Translations under genes and position numbers: made by a program
The notes under the pieces: generated by a model
What the model was told of the DNA's origin: nothing
The model's database searches: none
Seen by the model: only the letters and a program-made list of their open reading frames with translations
Part shown: positions 25,768 to 39,100 of the stretch, in pieces
How the letters are laid out: each line of letters begins with the position of its first letter
How positions within the stretch are numbered: position 1 is the stretch's first letter
Assembly: GCA_028534125.1 (NCBI GenBank)
Contig: CM052816.1
Span: 49,230,001-49,294,000 of the forward strand
Direction of reading: 5' to 3'
Length of the DNA stretch: 64,000 nt
DNA from: Lama glama
Lineage: Eukaryota

Positions 25768-27615
25768 TAAGAAGTAAAATTTTCTGTTCATAGATGAAAG
25801 GATCTTATATGTAGAAATCTCTAAGGATTTGGTAAAAAAAACTACTAGTACTAATAAAGAAAACAAAGATGCAGGACACAAAATCAACACACAAAATTCA
25901 GTTACATTGCTATATACTAATACTTTTCCCTTTGGATTATTCATTAAGAAAGTAATTACATTTACAATCACATGAGAAAAAAATACTGAGGAATAAACAT
26001 AACTAAGTTGCTAAAAGGCCTGTACACTGAAAACTATAAAAAAATTGCTGAAAGAAGACAATAAATGAAAAGACAGCCTTTGTGCATAGACTGAAGGCTT
26101 AATATTGTTAAGATGTTGATATTACCTGAAGTGATCTACAGACTCAGTGTACTCCTTATCAAATTTCCAGTGGCAATTTGTGCATAAATTTCATCCTCAA
26201 ATTCATTTGGAATCTCAAGAGACCAAAATAGCAAAATAGTTTTGAAAATGAACAACAAACTTGGAGGACTCAAACCTTCTGATTTCAAAACAAGCTACAG
26301 AACAACAGTAATCAGAACAGTATGGTTCTGGCATAAAGAGAGACAAATAGACCAAAGAAATATAATAGAGAGCCCAGAAACGAACTCACATTTATATGGT
26401 CAAATGATTTCAACAAAGGTGCCAAGATCGCTTAACAGGGAAAGGACAATCTCTTATAAAAAAAAAAAAATCTTATTTGGGAAACTGGACCACCACTCAA
26501 AAGAATGAAGATAGACTGTTATACCATAAACAGAAGTTAACTCAAGTTGACCTAAGACCTAAATGTAAGACCTAAAACTATTAAACTCTTAGGAGAAAGC
26601 ATAGGGGAAAATTTTTCTGACATTAGACTTGGCAGTGATTTCATGGAAACACAGGAAAAAATAAAACATAGACAAATGGGACTGTATCAAACTTAAAGTC
26701 ATTTATGCTTCAAAGAATATAATAAATAGAAAAGACAATCTATGGAATGGGATAAAATACTTGCAAATCATGTATCTGAGTAGTTAATACCCAGAATATA
26801 TAAAGAATTATAACTAAAGGAAAAATCAAATAACTGAATTAAAAATGCGCAAAGGGCTTGCATAGGCATTTCTCCAAAGATGATACACTAATGGCCAACA
26901 AGCATATGAAAAGATGCTCAACATTACTAAAAATCACAGTAATATATCACTTCACACCCTTTAGGATGACTAGGTACTATCAAACAGAAAATAGCAAGTG
27001 TTGGCAAGAATGTGGATGAATTAGAACCCTGTGGATAATTGGCAATACTGTAAAATGGTGCAACTGCTGTGGAAAATAGTATGGCGGTTCCTGAAAACAT
27101 TAAAATTAGAACTATTTATGATCCAGCAATCCCAGTTCTGGGTATATATCCAGTAGAATCTTTGACATCTGGGTTCTCAAGAGAGATTTGTATTCCCATA
27201 TTGACAGCAGGACCATTCAGAGTTGCTAAGAGGTGGAAGCAACTCAGATGCCCATTGATGGATGAATGAATAAACAGAATGTGGTATATACACACAGTGG
27301 AATATTATTCAGCCTTAAAAATGAGAAATACTATCACATGCTATAGCAGGATGAACTTTGAGATGCTACTGTAAGTGAAACAAGCTAGTCACAAAAAGAC
27401 AGAGTATATAATTCTTTGAAGCAGAAAGTACAGTAGTGATTACCAGAGGCTGAAGAGGAAGGGGGAGAGTTGTTCATTGGATAGAGTTTCAGATTTATAA
27501 GATAAAGTTCGTGAGCTCCATTCCATAACAATGTAAATATATGTAACACCACTGAACTGTGCACTAAAAGTAGATACAATGGTAGATATTTCCACCATGA
27601 TTTAAAAAATAAATT
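25768..27615 (+). mobile_element. 5'-truncated LINE-1 (L1MA/L1MB-type), ORF2 from the RT motif to the C-terminus plus 3' UTR, frameshifted
   Basis: Begins at a decayed LFADDMILY motif (reads LFIDERILYVE). ORF 26242-26508 (GGLKPSDFKTSYRTTVIRTVWFWHKERQIDQRNIIESPE) and ORF 27069-27269 ([13 protein letters not shown]...[10 protein letters not shown]) are L1 ORF2. Followed by the 3' UTR and an A-rich tail. Confidence 0.95.
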
Positions 27616-30019
27616 TGTATATTTAAACCCTCAACACAACTCTACCCTTAGTTCAAAATTACTAAGGTATCTTGAAACATCCAATAATTAATATGAAATG
27701 AAAATAAAACTTTACTCTCTGTATATATACATTGTAGGGTAAAATATATGGTACAAAGCTTAACATCTGAAGGAAATTAAAATAGGAAAGAAATACGTGA
27801 ATTGTAAATTTGAAATCAAATACATTGAGGTTCCAACAGTCTACTACACTATGTTTTAGTTGCTTAGGAAAATCACAGTTTGTAGCCGCCTTATTTCACA
27901 TGCAAAATAGGAATGGCTAATAATCTGGAAATATGATGAAACTATATATAAAAATAACATGAAAAGCATAGCAAAGTAATTTAATTTTATACACACAGCA
28001 CACAACATTTTAAAATCAGCATCAGGTACATGAAATAGAAATGGAAAAACAGGTAGCAAATTTGTTGAAAACCAGACTGTATCACATTTACCAAGAAAAA
28101 ATATTTATAAATCCCTATTTCAAACTTCAAATTTCATGTAGTTTCAGCTTCTTCAGAAGTAATTAGATATTAGTTGTTTAAGAATTAACAGGCTTTTAAA
28201 AATAATTCACCTTAATTTTCTTTCAGAGAAGGATTTTATAACAGGGGCTCTAAAACAATGAACTCTGAAAACAATCTAGACAATGAAAGAAAATTAAAAA
28301 TAAAGTGTGCTGCTTAAAACCACACTTTCTCTGATCATTCTACCTTTTCAGTGCTTATCGGCAAGGATCAGATTTCATTTAACAGCACTCAGAACCTCTC
28401 ACATTCCACCCATTTAAAAAACTTTCCCAATTGCAAATAGATCTAATGCTAAATCTGTGCTGTAAAATTTATTTTAATAAAAGCCAAACCTTTAATAGAA
28501 AGTCCACAATGGGGGTCATTGCTTCTAAGAAAATCTTTTGTATTTTTAATCTCCCAATGTGCATTCCCTGTTAGATGACACAGTTAGTACTAATACTTAT
28601 CAGTAAATTGAATTGCCTTATGTTCATCCAGTTTTCCTGTATCTTTGTTCACTTACTTTCTATAGGACAAAAATAATCTTTGAAACTAGGGAAGTTCACA
28701 CCGCATTTTTGTTTATCTTTGATTTCTTCCTTTTAGAGGAAAGCGTATCCTCAGGTTCTTAGTTACTTAGAAAGTTGTGTAGGGAAAGGAATTGATGTTG
28801 TAAGAAAATAAACCTGGACACCAGAGTAAAGGTTGCAGAAGAACTCTCACATCCTAGAGCTTATTCTTTCACTTGGTCCCAGAATGCAAATTTTAGGAAT
28901 GCAAACTCTCCTCTTGATTAATCAGTTATTCCCTCAAGAAATATTTAAAGCAATCTTTTACCTCCATTACCAAGTCATTAGAGGGAATTTATAATCCCCA
29001 AGCCTTTAGATAATAAGCCACAGGCCACTTAAAGGTACTACTGAGGGCAGAAGTTTGGCACCAGAATATCATCACAGATGGTAAGTGGAGTTTCCACTGT
29101 TGACTGCATCCCAGATACAGAGATAAAGTCTCTCTCAAATTTGTCTCCATGTCTTTTAAACTATTTTTTTCCTGCAAAGTTCATTTTGTTCTGCAGCATT
29201 TTAAGTTTGAGTTTCTGAAGAAATTGATACTTTCTAATTTTCTTGTGGTGGGGGGGGAGAAGTGATAGATGGCTTTGTAAATGAAGACTCATGCTGCTAT
29301 TGTCTGCAGTTCGTAGTAGTCATGTTAGATTAACCAGCATTGTGTTGTTGGCTCCTTATTAATTATGATGCTTCCTGCTACCATGCTGATTCTTTTTTTC
29401 TGATGCCTTCACTATGGAAAGCACAGCTTCTTTCAAAGAAGCCCATCACAATGCAAGCAGCTCATTAACTTCAGCCTTCCTCCCAGTTTCTGGTGACAAG
29501 CCGAAGAAACTTCCTGAACTAACTTTAGAAAGAGATAATAAAGTTTTATTTCCCTTTCACAGCATTTCAAGGGCAGTTTATCATGTTCTTTTCTTCCAGA
29601 CAGAATTTTGAACAGAAGCAGAGGGACTCAGAACTTTATTTTTTAATATTCTGGATGTCACTAAACTAGAAGTTACTGTAGATGACAACTTGCATTTGGT
29701 AGTTTCCATGTTTTGCCTCAAAAAAATGTGGATATATCTTTGTGTATATTTGCTCCAGAGAATAATAATTGAAATTCCCATGACTGTTGTTCCAGATTCA
29801 GGTTCTATGACTGTTTCGTTAGCTTTCTTTTGTTTTTGTTTGCTAGCAAACGGGAGAGTATTTGCTAGTGTGAAACCCTTCAAGTATGAATACTCAGATT
29901 TCTCAAATTCCAAAATTCTATTGTTAGATGTTCTTTTCTTTGGTTTGTCTCTCCATGCATTTTTTAATACTAAATATTTTTGGAAGGAGGTACATATCTA
30001 GGTGATTTAGTGAATATAT

Positions 30020-30478
30020 ATGATTCAGTCTTAGTAGGCTGTGCTACACTATAGTAGACAGGCCTCCAAATCTCTGGCTAAACACACACACAAAAAGTGT
30101 TTCTCTTTTTACAAGTCTGATGTGGGTTGGCAGAGGGCCTCCAAATTTCTGGCTAAACACACACACACAAAATGTGTTTCTCTCTCTTGCTACAAGTCTG
30201 ATGTGGGTTGGCAGAGGGCTTTAGCCATCATAGTCATTGAGGGGATGGAGGTTGAAGGAAACTTCATCTCCTCACATGTTTTCCATGACTGCTGGAGCAG
30301 GAAAACGAAAGACATTGGATTGAACACTCCAAGGAGTGGCACACAAAACTACTCACAATTGGTCAGCCAAAGTGAGTCCCGTGACCACTTATGACTTCAA
30401 AATGGTGGGAAGGTACAGTCCTATCCAAAAGGAGAAGGAACAGATCCTTTGTGAATAGCCCCAGTGATCAATAGCACA
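30020..30478 (-). mobile_element. MaLR MLT1 (J/K-like) solo LTR containing a 75/81-bp tandem duplication
   Basis: 'aggctgtgctacactatagtagacaggcctccaaatctctggctaaacac' and 'ggagtggcacac...ctcacaattggtcagccaaagtgagtcccgtgacc...gggaaggtacagtcct' resemble antisense MLT1. Confidence 0.7.
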
Positions 30479-31042
30479 CTGTTGTACATTAATTTCTTAC
30501 ACCACATTCTGGCTAACGGCTAGTGTGGTGAGGACTGGAGATTGGTACGTGAGGGGTGAAAGAAAAATATGCTTTTGGAGCATAAAAGTCAAACGGAGGA
30601 GGCATTGAGGAAATGGGAGGCTAGGCACCTATCTCAGTGACAGGGGTTAGGCAGAAGCAATGTCCCTGCTCACCAATCTTTGGTGTTCATCTTTGGTGTT
30701 CTTCACTAAAAATGGTAATTTTCAACCTAAGTAAATAACTGAATAAAAAAATGAAACACACTGTTTCAGTAAAATATATGAACTATCAGTATATAATGCA
30801 TGCTGTTTATGAGGGTTTTTAAACCATATCTTTGAGAAAAACACTATAAAGTGTTGATGATGAAATGGTTGGAACTCCTGACCTACGGTATAAGATTTAT
30901 AGTTCCCTAGAAACAAGGGCTGTGTCTTGCATTGCTGTCTCCAGTTGCTAAGGTACAGCTGACAGTATTGTGGAACATAAAAAGGATAATGTGGGAACTA
31001 AATGGCCTAAGTTAGAGTCCTTGCCTACTTATTTGCTTTTAA

Positions 31043-31606
31043 CTGTGAGCGAGTAGCTATTGCCTCTGCCTGCTTATGTGTCCATCTCTTCTCTTACCAG
31101 TGTTACAATTTCCTACCCTCACCTCTTGGATAACCTGAAACATTTATTCAGTCCATGTAGTTCCATTGGGCTTCCATCTTCTGGCCTGTAGGGTAACACG
31201 TATCTTACCATAACCCATCCCTACAGTCACAGTGATTGTTTCAAAAAGGGGTACACGTTCAACATTTTCCATGTGAGATTTTCTTTCCTAATAATGCAAA
31301 GAAAGCTCCATTTTTGTCAATCTTTCAACATATTGGAAGAATATGTTGAAAATCTAGAGTTTAGAGTTTAGCTGCTATATTGCCCCAAAAAAGAGGGGAC
31401 ACCTGTCTGAGAAAGGAGACAACACAGAAAAACTGTAAATTGAATGATAAGAGACACAGAGACAGAATATATGAATAATAAGTAGACTAAAGTGATTGAA
31501 TCCTGCATGATTTGACCTTGCACTTTCAATGAGAGGACACAATTTGTGTCCTTTTCATTAAATCTAGTTAGAGTTAGGGGTTTTGGAACACCAAGCGTCA
31601 TGACCA
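31043..31606 (+). mobile_element. MaLR MLT1 (K-like) solo LTR
   Basis: 'tcagtccatgtagttcc', 'cagtcacagtgattgtttcaaa' and the 3' end 'ttaaatctagttagagttaggggtttt' are typical of MLT1. Confidence 0.6.
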
Positions 31607-31679
31607 AAAAAAAAAAACCTTCATGAAGTATTGCCATAATATGTAGATTTTCTAAAATAACTACAAATCCTTAAAAGTG

Positions 31680-32480
31680 CTGTATGCAGCAGGTTTGTGG
31701 ACAAAGATTATAAATCCAGTCTGTAGAAATGTTGGGGTTGTGATGTCTGTGGTACACTTCAGAAGAAATAAACATTTGAGCTGGACATTCTTGTCTGGAG
31801 ACCAGGAAATATGTCCTGGAGGGAGATACAGATTTGGGAGTCATTGTCAGAGAAATGGTAAGCAAAGCCAAGGTGATAAATAAAAGTACTCTTGTCAGTC
31901 TGTGTATATTAAAAGGAAAAGAAGGTGAATTCTGTATATTTTAAATTTGATAGAATATAAACCACAGCAGGGCCCAGGGCAAAGGTATGTTTTGATCTAA
32001 GGTGGGCAAGGAAATGCAGTGACCAATTTATGTATAACCCAGACCTGATGCGAGTTGCTAAGGAACTTATCGTTTATCATTTAGGCAAATAAATGGGAGT
32101 CAATGAAGGGTTTCAAGCAGGAGACAGAATAGCGTTTCAACTTTTACTAAGATCACTCTTGTGGAAGATGAGAAGATGGATTGTAAGTGGAAATGAATGA
32201 TGTCAGAGATACTAATCGATTATTCCAATTCTTTAAGCAAAAGATAATGAGGACCTAAATTAAGGCAATGGCAATGAGAATTAAGATAAGGATGGAAGGA
32301 GATTTAGGAGCAAGAATCGTATGCTGTTAAAGCTATTTAAGGGCTGAAGGAGAGAAGGAATTTCAGTATGAGAGTTTTGATCAGAAAAATGGGGAGAGTA
32401 TGGTTAACAATTCAATTAAGAGAAGTAATTCAAAATGAGTAAGTTTTGAAGCAAAATTCAGCTTTGAGCAAGGTGACATT
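31680..32480 (-). mobile_element. L2 LINE fragments
   Basis: 'ctggagggagatacagatttgggagtcattg', 'aatgggagtcaatgaagggtttcaagcaggag', 'aagatcactct' and 'agataatgaggacctaaattaaggcaatggcaatg' are antisense L2 motifs. Confidence 0.7.
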
Positions 32481-32929
32481 AAGATCCAAAACCAAGAGAA
32501 AAATTTAGAGTTAATTTGTCAACAAGTAGGTGGCAAAACCCATGACAAGAATGAAAAAGCCTAAGAGGTGTCATAAGAAAACAAAACTCAAAGGCTGGAG
32601 CCCTGGAAACAGCAGACTCTGAAAAGACTTCAAGAACGAAAGACTGACAGCAGAAGGTGAAACAAAAGAATTGGGATACCCTCCCCAAAAAAGGAAGAAT
32701 ATCAAGTATAAGATAGTGGCTTGTTGGCTGCTTTCTAAGTCCTATGTAAGACACAAATTGGGAAAAATCTGAGGAACCAAGCGCTAACTAATAATTCAGG
32801 CTGTCTTCAGGGTTACATTCTCAAGTACAATTTACTCACTGTTCATGTCAATTTCTTTACAATTTTAAGTCTGTGTGTCAATAAGAAAGGACTATACTTT
32901 TATAAATGAAGTTTCCTATCACGTTCTTT

Positions 32930-33185
32930 AAGATACTGCTCAAGCTGTAAATACTCTTGAAACCCCCTTCCCTTACTTCTGTTCATTTGATGTTAAACGT
33001 CTCATTCTCTGGGTTCTTACAACCCTTTGTGTATACCTTTTTCATACCTAAAACTCTTGATTTTAATTATTAGTTGTATTTACTTACCTAACTATGAAGT
33101 CTTAAGGATAGGATTTCTTTTCTTTCTCCATATACTCAAAACACTAAGCTCCTGCCCTAGTTCAGAAGAATGTTTATTGAATGTG
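32930..33185 (+). mobile_element. L2 3' fragment
   Basis: 'actatgaagtcttaaggatagg...tgtttattgaatg'. Confidence 0.55.
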
Positions 33186-34584
33186 TCCCCCTAATATCGG
33201 CCATTCCCTTTTCTGAGTATAGTCTCCAGTAACCTACCAGGTAGTTGGAAGGCTTAATTTTCCTATTTCTCTTACGTATTTGCCCTCTGATGCTTTTCAT
33301 GTCATAAATCGTCCCCACCGTGATTAAGGCTACTAGTCTTCATGTTGTGGACCATTGAATAGGTCAACACCCTTTCTTCCATTGAGCCCTGAGGAAAATT
33401 GGATTGAATGGAAGCAAGTCATTGTATCTGTTAACTTTCACAAGACCAATGATGAAACTGCAATTCAAATGTAAAACTCACTAATATGTAGAACTACAGT
33501 ATAAGAGGAAGTAAGTGGAAATTCTAGTTAAACTTTTCCTAGTACATAAAAAAGTAGGAAATTTAAGACAAGGACCTTCCCAAGAAGAATGGACCTTATG
33601 GATTCTGTATTTCTTAGGTCTGCATGCCTTTTCTTATGTACCTACCTCTTTAAATTTCTTTGTACAGTAGAACACTTTCTTTGTGAAAATGTCTACTTGG
33701 TTCACAGGAAAATATCTTGGGTTTTTCCTGAATCTGCTTTCCAAGCCAACACCTGAAATTCAGCTGGGTGGGCAGTGGTGTGTCCTTGTACTCATCTCTC
33801 ACATTCCAAGGAGATGTTAGTCTATGAACAAGCAGAAAAATAGGATCTCAGATTTTTGTTCAGTTTTTCTACCACTGAGTGTCATGAGTCACTGACTTCT
33901 TTACCTGGCAAATAATTTACTCTCTCCAAATTTATTGTACTATTTTACTCTAAGACATCACAAACTCATTTCATTTTTTAAGAAAGGATATTCTTCACAT
34001 TAACAAAACTCTGGATATGCCATTATAGAACAAGGAATATGAATAGCTTCTTACCTGGGACTGGATAAACACTTAATGCTTACTGTATTTGTTGTCTAGT
34101 TCACCATTAAATTCGAAATTACTTTGATTCTGAATCTTAAAATGATACAGAGACAGTTTGCCAAATATGACCACTGAGAACAGATTTTGTTACTATTACA
34201 TCTTATCACATTAAATTCTTGCATACCTATATCCACTGTTTTAATAGTTACATGTGATATTGGCACATCTATAACTTATTTAGACGTAAAAGTTCTGTCT
34301 CTAATAAAACTGGATTAGTACCTTATAGAGAATGATTTAATGGGAGGGGACATGATTACACATGCAAACACACTTGCCTACTGGGATTAGATATTTAAAA
34401 AGATGAGGCAGCTGTAATTGTTTGCATGCTAATTTACCATGAAACGTTTTCTCAGCCCTAAGGACACAAAAGCTTTATGTTTAATGTTTTAGTCCAGTGT
34501 AACAGATAATTTCAAAATCATTAAGACCAAAAAGTGCTTTTTTTTTAACTTCAGTAACTTCATATTTATTACTACTATCATTGC

Positions 34585-35335
34585 ATCAACTTTTAATTAT
34601 AAAACAGAAACCTAGGATTTATCCTTGATTCTTTGCTTTCCTTTCCACCTGTGTCTACAATTATATCCAGTTTATTTTACTTTTGTAATGTCTCTAAAAT
34701 TGATAACCACTTTCATCATCACTGATGTTACTTAATTTTGTGTCCTTATTAATGATCCCTAAATTATGACATACTATTACTCTTTGTTTCTGATCTTAGA
34801 CATTTCAAGGCATTTTTTCATACAGCAACGTATTATTATTCTCTCATGAATCCTTTAATGGCTTACTATTGCCTTATGAATAAAATCCAAATTCTTTCAT
34901 TATCTGGTTCCTTCTAAATTCTCCAGATCCTTCTGTAGCAATCCTTTAGTCCTCAACTTTGACCTTGTTCTCCAGCCATACCCAACCACATGTAGTGGTC
35001 ATGCTCCTGTTTTTTTATGTGATTCCCTTTAGTTGACTCAGGCTCCTCCCTCCTCCATACTTGCCTGTTTCTCAATCTTCAAAACGCTGCAGCATCATCC
35101 TTACTAATAACCTGTATCAGACCTTCTTCTTGGTCCTTCCCCAATATACTGCATTGCCCTGTGTCGTAGTTCTTTCACTAATAATTATAATATCTATTTA
35201 CTCTTCTGCCTAAGCAATAGAAACTTTAGAACACTAATGTCATGTCCTATGCCACTGTATATCCACAGATTTGTCAGAGAAGTGAGTATTCAAAAACACT
35301 TAGGCATGTATTCATGAGTTAAAGAATGAATACTT
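34585..35335 (+). mobile_element. L2 LINE 3' fragment
   Basis: 'cagaaacctaggatttatccttgattct', 'cctttaatggcttactattgccttatgaataaaatccaaatt' and a 3' end '...gagtattcaaaaacact...gaatgaat'. Confidence 0.75.
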
Positions 35336-36149
35336 AAAGCACTTTTTAAACAATTTTTTAATAATTGCTAAGACAGGACAACATTTCTCTTAACCAACTT
35401 AAATATCCTTTCACACTGGAAGATTTCTATGAAGATCTTTAAGGAAAAGAGAGTAGATAAAATTTCCCTAATCTTATCATGCTTCCTAATACATCTGTAT
35501 ATCATTCTGAATTCACCTTTCCATATCTTATGGAAGTTTAAACTTTGTCCAAGAATTCTATAAATTGCTAGAGGGGGCTGTGTTCTTTTAACTATCTCAA
35601 GTTCAAATGCCTCCTTCTGCCTTAAAAAATTGATGTATCACATCTCAGTCTTCAGAGTTGTGTCTTTGTTTCGTTCTTTGTCACCCCAGGTGGAAAATTT
35701 AAGCTTTATCTCAATTTCTTAAAAAGTTCAGACTTACAGTGCTTTTGTGAACAGAATAGACTTGAGTGAAGTTATTTTATTTATGGGAGCTGATGGAGAA
35801 GAGGGGTCATAAGAAGGTTTAAAAAATTACCAATGCAAACAGTAAACAAGCCTCTTGTATGAGTTCCTTCAGCCAGCCCTCCACTATAAATATTTATTCC
35901 TCAGTTCATTTCACTCTAAATTGTTAGGCAATCTTCCTGCCATTTTGCTAACTCATTTCTTCTGTCTCCTCTAGGCTGTAGATTACACAGGAACTCAAAT
36001 TCTTTCCTTTGCATTTTGCAGAATAATTAATCTTTCCCTAGTCCCTACTGCTAAACTGTTTCCAAAACACCCTTTTGCATGTTAAAATCTATTGAAAAGT
36101 TCAGTAGAAGATTGAGAATTTGTTTTAAAAAACCTACCCTTGAATTAAC

Positions 36150-39100
36150 CAAGTTTCAGTGTTAAAAAAAAAAAAAACTACCCTAGGTATGCTAGGCAGA
36201 GAGGGATTTAATACAGGAGATTAGGTTCTTAGACAGTCATTTGAAAGAATGGGGAAATTGGTCCTACTCTCAGCCTCAGGAATGATGGAGGACTCGACAG
36301 CTAGTTGACGAGGGAAACTACATTTCCTTAAGCTTCCAAACTACAACCATATCCATAACAATATATTGTTACTTTTAGTTGGGAATTGTGTCACCAAATA
36401 AAAACATTCACCATTTCCCCTAAATGGGCTACATAAAGTTCCAGTAATCAATTGATTCATTTCTGGGTGATGTCCATCCATCCTCTATTCAGTCACAATA
36501 ATGCTTTTATATCCTGTTACTTCTGAATAAATTAATTTAACAACCATACACATAAGAGTGTATAAAGCCCATGGAGGGGGAGGGAGAAATTGTTAAATAT
36601 TTAAATATTGGAAGGAGGGAAACAGATCAAGGAAGAAAACAGCAAGAAACAAAACATTGCTCTCAGTAAAAGTCTTCAGCTTTGACGTGGTCTTGAGGTC
36701 ATAGCAGAATTGCCGTATGTAACACTCATCTTCTACCCCGTTATTCCCTACACTTGCATCTAGACCCTCAAATGAGAATTGCTCAAAAGATACACAAGAT
36801 ACTCCTCTCTCTGTTCACATAAAATGGTATTTTTTCTCTGATAATTAGAAGCAATTATCCCACCTTGACACTACTACTTAATAAAATCTGTGGATTCAGA
36901 AGAATAAGGAAGTCCAAAAGACCAAATAGAATAATTGTGATCTCTTTGGAATCACTCTGACTTTGAGCACTGAGGCCCCTAGTGCAGAAAACCTCTAAAT
37001 CACAGAGAGAAAGCACCTTGTGAGTGGATTATTAGGTGTCATAGTGCAGGGGGACTCTGTAGATCTTAGGGGAATGTGGCTACTTACCTACCCCGCCTAC
37101 TGTTATTGATAGAATCATTCTGATGTTTCCTGCTGAAATACCTACTACAAAAATCAAATGTGTGCTTCACCTGGTAGTTAAGCTCCATTTGTCTTCTGAC
37201 ATTCTTGAGTCTGTAGTGCCCACTGAAGTAGAGATGCATATTTCAGTGGTAGCATCATTTGCCCTCATCCCTGGTGGTAGAGGATAAACACTATGGTGCT
37301 ACTCAAGGATGCTGGTAAACCCCTTGTAAGTTTATTTTGTAGTGTATTGGCAAAATAAATGTCCTCCTTACTTTCTCGAGAAATAAGTAGGTGATAGAAG
37401 GTTTGGTTGCATAATTACCTGGCTAAATCTTTGGACTCCTTCATCCATATTAAACATATGAACTTTTAGGATCTCAAATTCATTTATTATAGGCTATACT
37501 TAGATTTATTATTTTTTTTTTTATTTTGCTTTTATTGAAGTATAGTTGCTGTACAATATTATGTTATAGGTGTACAATTTGATTCAGTTTTTAAAGGTTA
37601 TACTCGATTTATAGCTATTAGAAAATAATTGACAATATTCTCCATGTTGTATGATATGTCCTTATAGTATATTTTATATATAATAGTTTATATCTCTTTA
37701 ATATCCTACCACTCTAGTGCCCCTCTCCTTCCCCACCGCACATTGCTAACTGCCAGTTTGTTCTGTCTGTGAGTCTGCTACATTTTTGTGTTACTCGCTA
37801 GTTGGTTGTATTTTTTTAGATTCCATATATAAGTAATATCATACAGATACCTAGGAGTGGAATTGCTGGGTCATATACTAGTTCTGTTTTCATTTTTTTG
37901 AGAAAACTCTGTACTATTTTTCCACAGTGATTGTACCAATTTAAATTCCCACCAATGGTGTATGAAGATTTCCTTTTCTTCACATCCTTGATAACATTTG
38001 TTATTTGTGTTCTTTCTCATAACCATTCTTATAGGCCATGGTTTGGTTGATATGTGACTTTAAATTGCTCTAGCCACGTATTTAAATCTTGATATTCTGG
38101 TAATCTCACCCTTGTAGATACAGTAGACTAAACCCAACACTATGTTCCTATTTTCCTAGTGCATCATTCTCAGAATCTATTCCTACACATGTTTTTTCAG
38201 CATTCTGCTAATGTATTATGATCTTGTAACAACTCTTAGGACGTTTAAGCCATTGCTTCTTTCTTCATACTAATATCTGATTTTAGTTAAATGTGAAAGA
38301 AATCAGAGATAGTACAGAAGGAATATGGAGGAAAATGGCATTTGTTTACAAGCTAGTTACGTCAGGTATAATAATTTGGGGACCTTTAGACAAGTCAGGC
38401 TCAGCCTCAAAAGATGGGGGCATGAGTGAGAGGCTGCTTCTGCCTATAAGAGAATTCATTGGTTTTGAAATACCAGACTGTATATATTTATCTGAATTTA
38501 TCTAGTGTTTCATTTTATTTCTCAGTGCTTCTGTCATTGCTAGTTCATACATGAAATTTCACATAAGAAACTTTAAAAGAATATGAAGTAAACTCATGTC
38601 TGACTTCCAGCTATAATATCTGCTTCAGTGACTACAGAGATAGATCAGTACAGTCATAGTAGCTCCTTGGCCCTCTGTGTATTTCTCAAGCCAAGAATTT
38701 AAACCCCAGTCAGGACATTTTCTTTATTTAGGTTTCCAGTGCAGTCAAAAGTTGCCCATCCCACAGTATGTGTCATGAGCATTCCTACTCTAATGATCTC
38801 TAGCAGCAGCCACTTGGCTCACCAATGCTTTGTCTTTAATAGGCACTTCATTCCAGATGACCATGTAAGATAATTTAAGAAACTTACTAGATAACTTAAG
38901 CTGTGGACTTTGAGTACAGTGTACCATTTTCCCTCAAAAAGCAACCAAACGCTTACCTGCTGCTAGAAAACATCTAGTATCAAGTATTGAATCAGTCAGG
39001 TTTTAGTAAAGTAAACAGAAATCACTTAATGTGTTTTAAAGGGGACATAGATTTAACACAGGACTTGTGTATAAGCAAACTTATTAGAAGGGCTGGAAAA

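Noticed and set aside
26242..27269. Active reverse transcriptase or novel RT-linked system
   Set aside because: It is a 5'-truncated, frameshifted LINE-1 ORF2 with a decayed catalytic motif.
28989..30001. Cluster of overlapping ORFs and a donor ATG|GTAAGT (~29080) as a coding exon or processed pseudogene
   Set aside because: No recognisable peptide in any frame, no good upstream acceptor, and no poly-A or TSD.
30061..30216. CRISPR-like repeat array
   Set aside because: Only two adjacent units with no spacers, inside a mammalian LTR, and no cas genes.
32523..32536. CTCF site CAAGTAGGTGGCAA
   Set aside because: It mismatches at the nearly invariant second C of the core and has no other support.
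37487..38039. ttataggc(t/c)at as the target-site duplication of the nested L1
   Set aside because: The left copy is not adjacent to the poly-T and the right copy overlaps L1-derived sequence, so it is not a convincing TSD.
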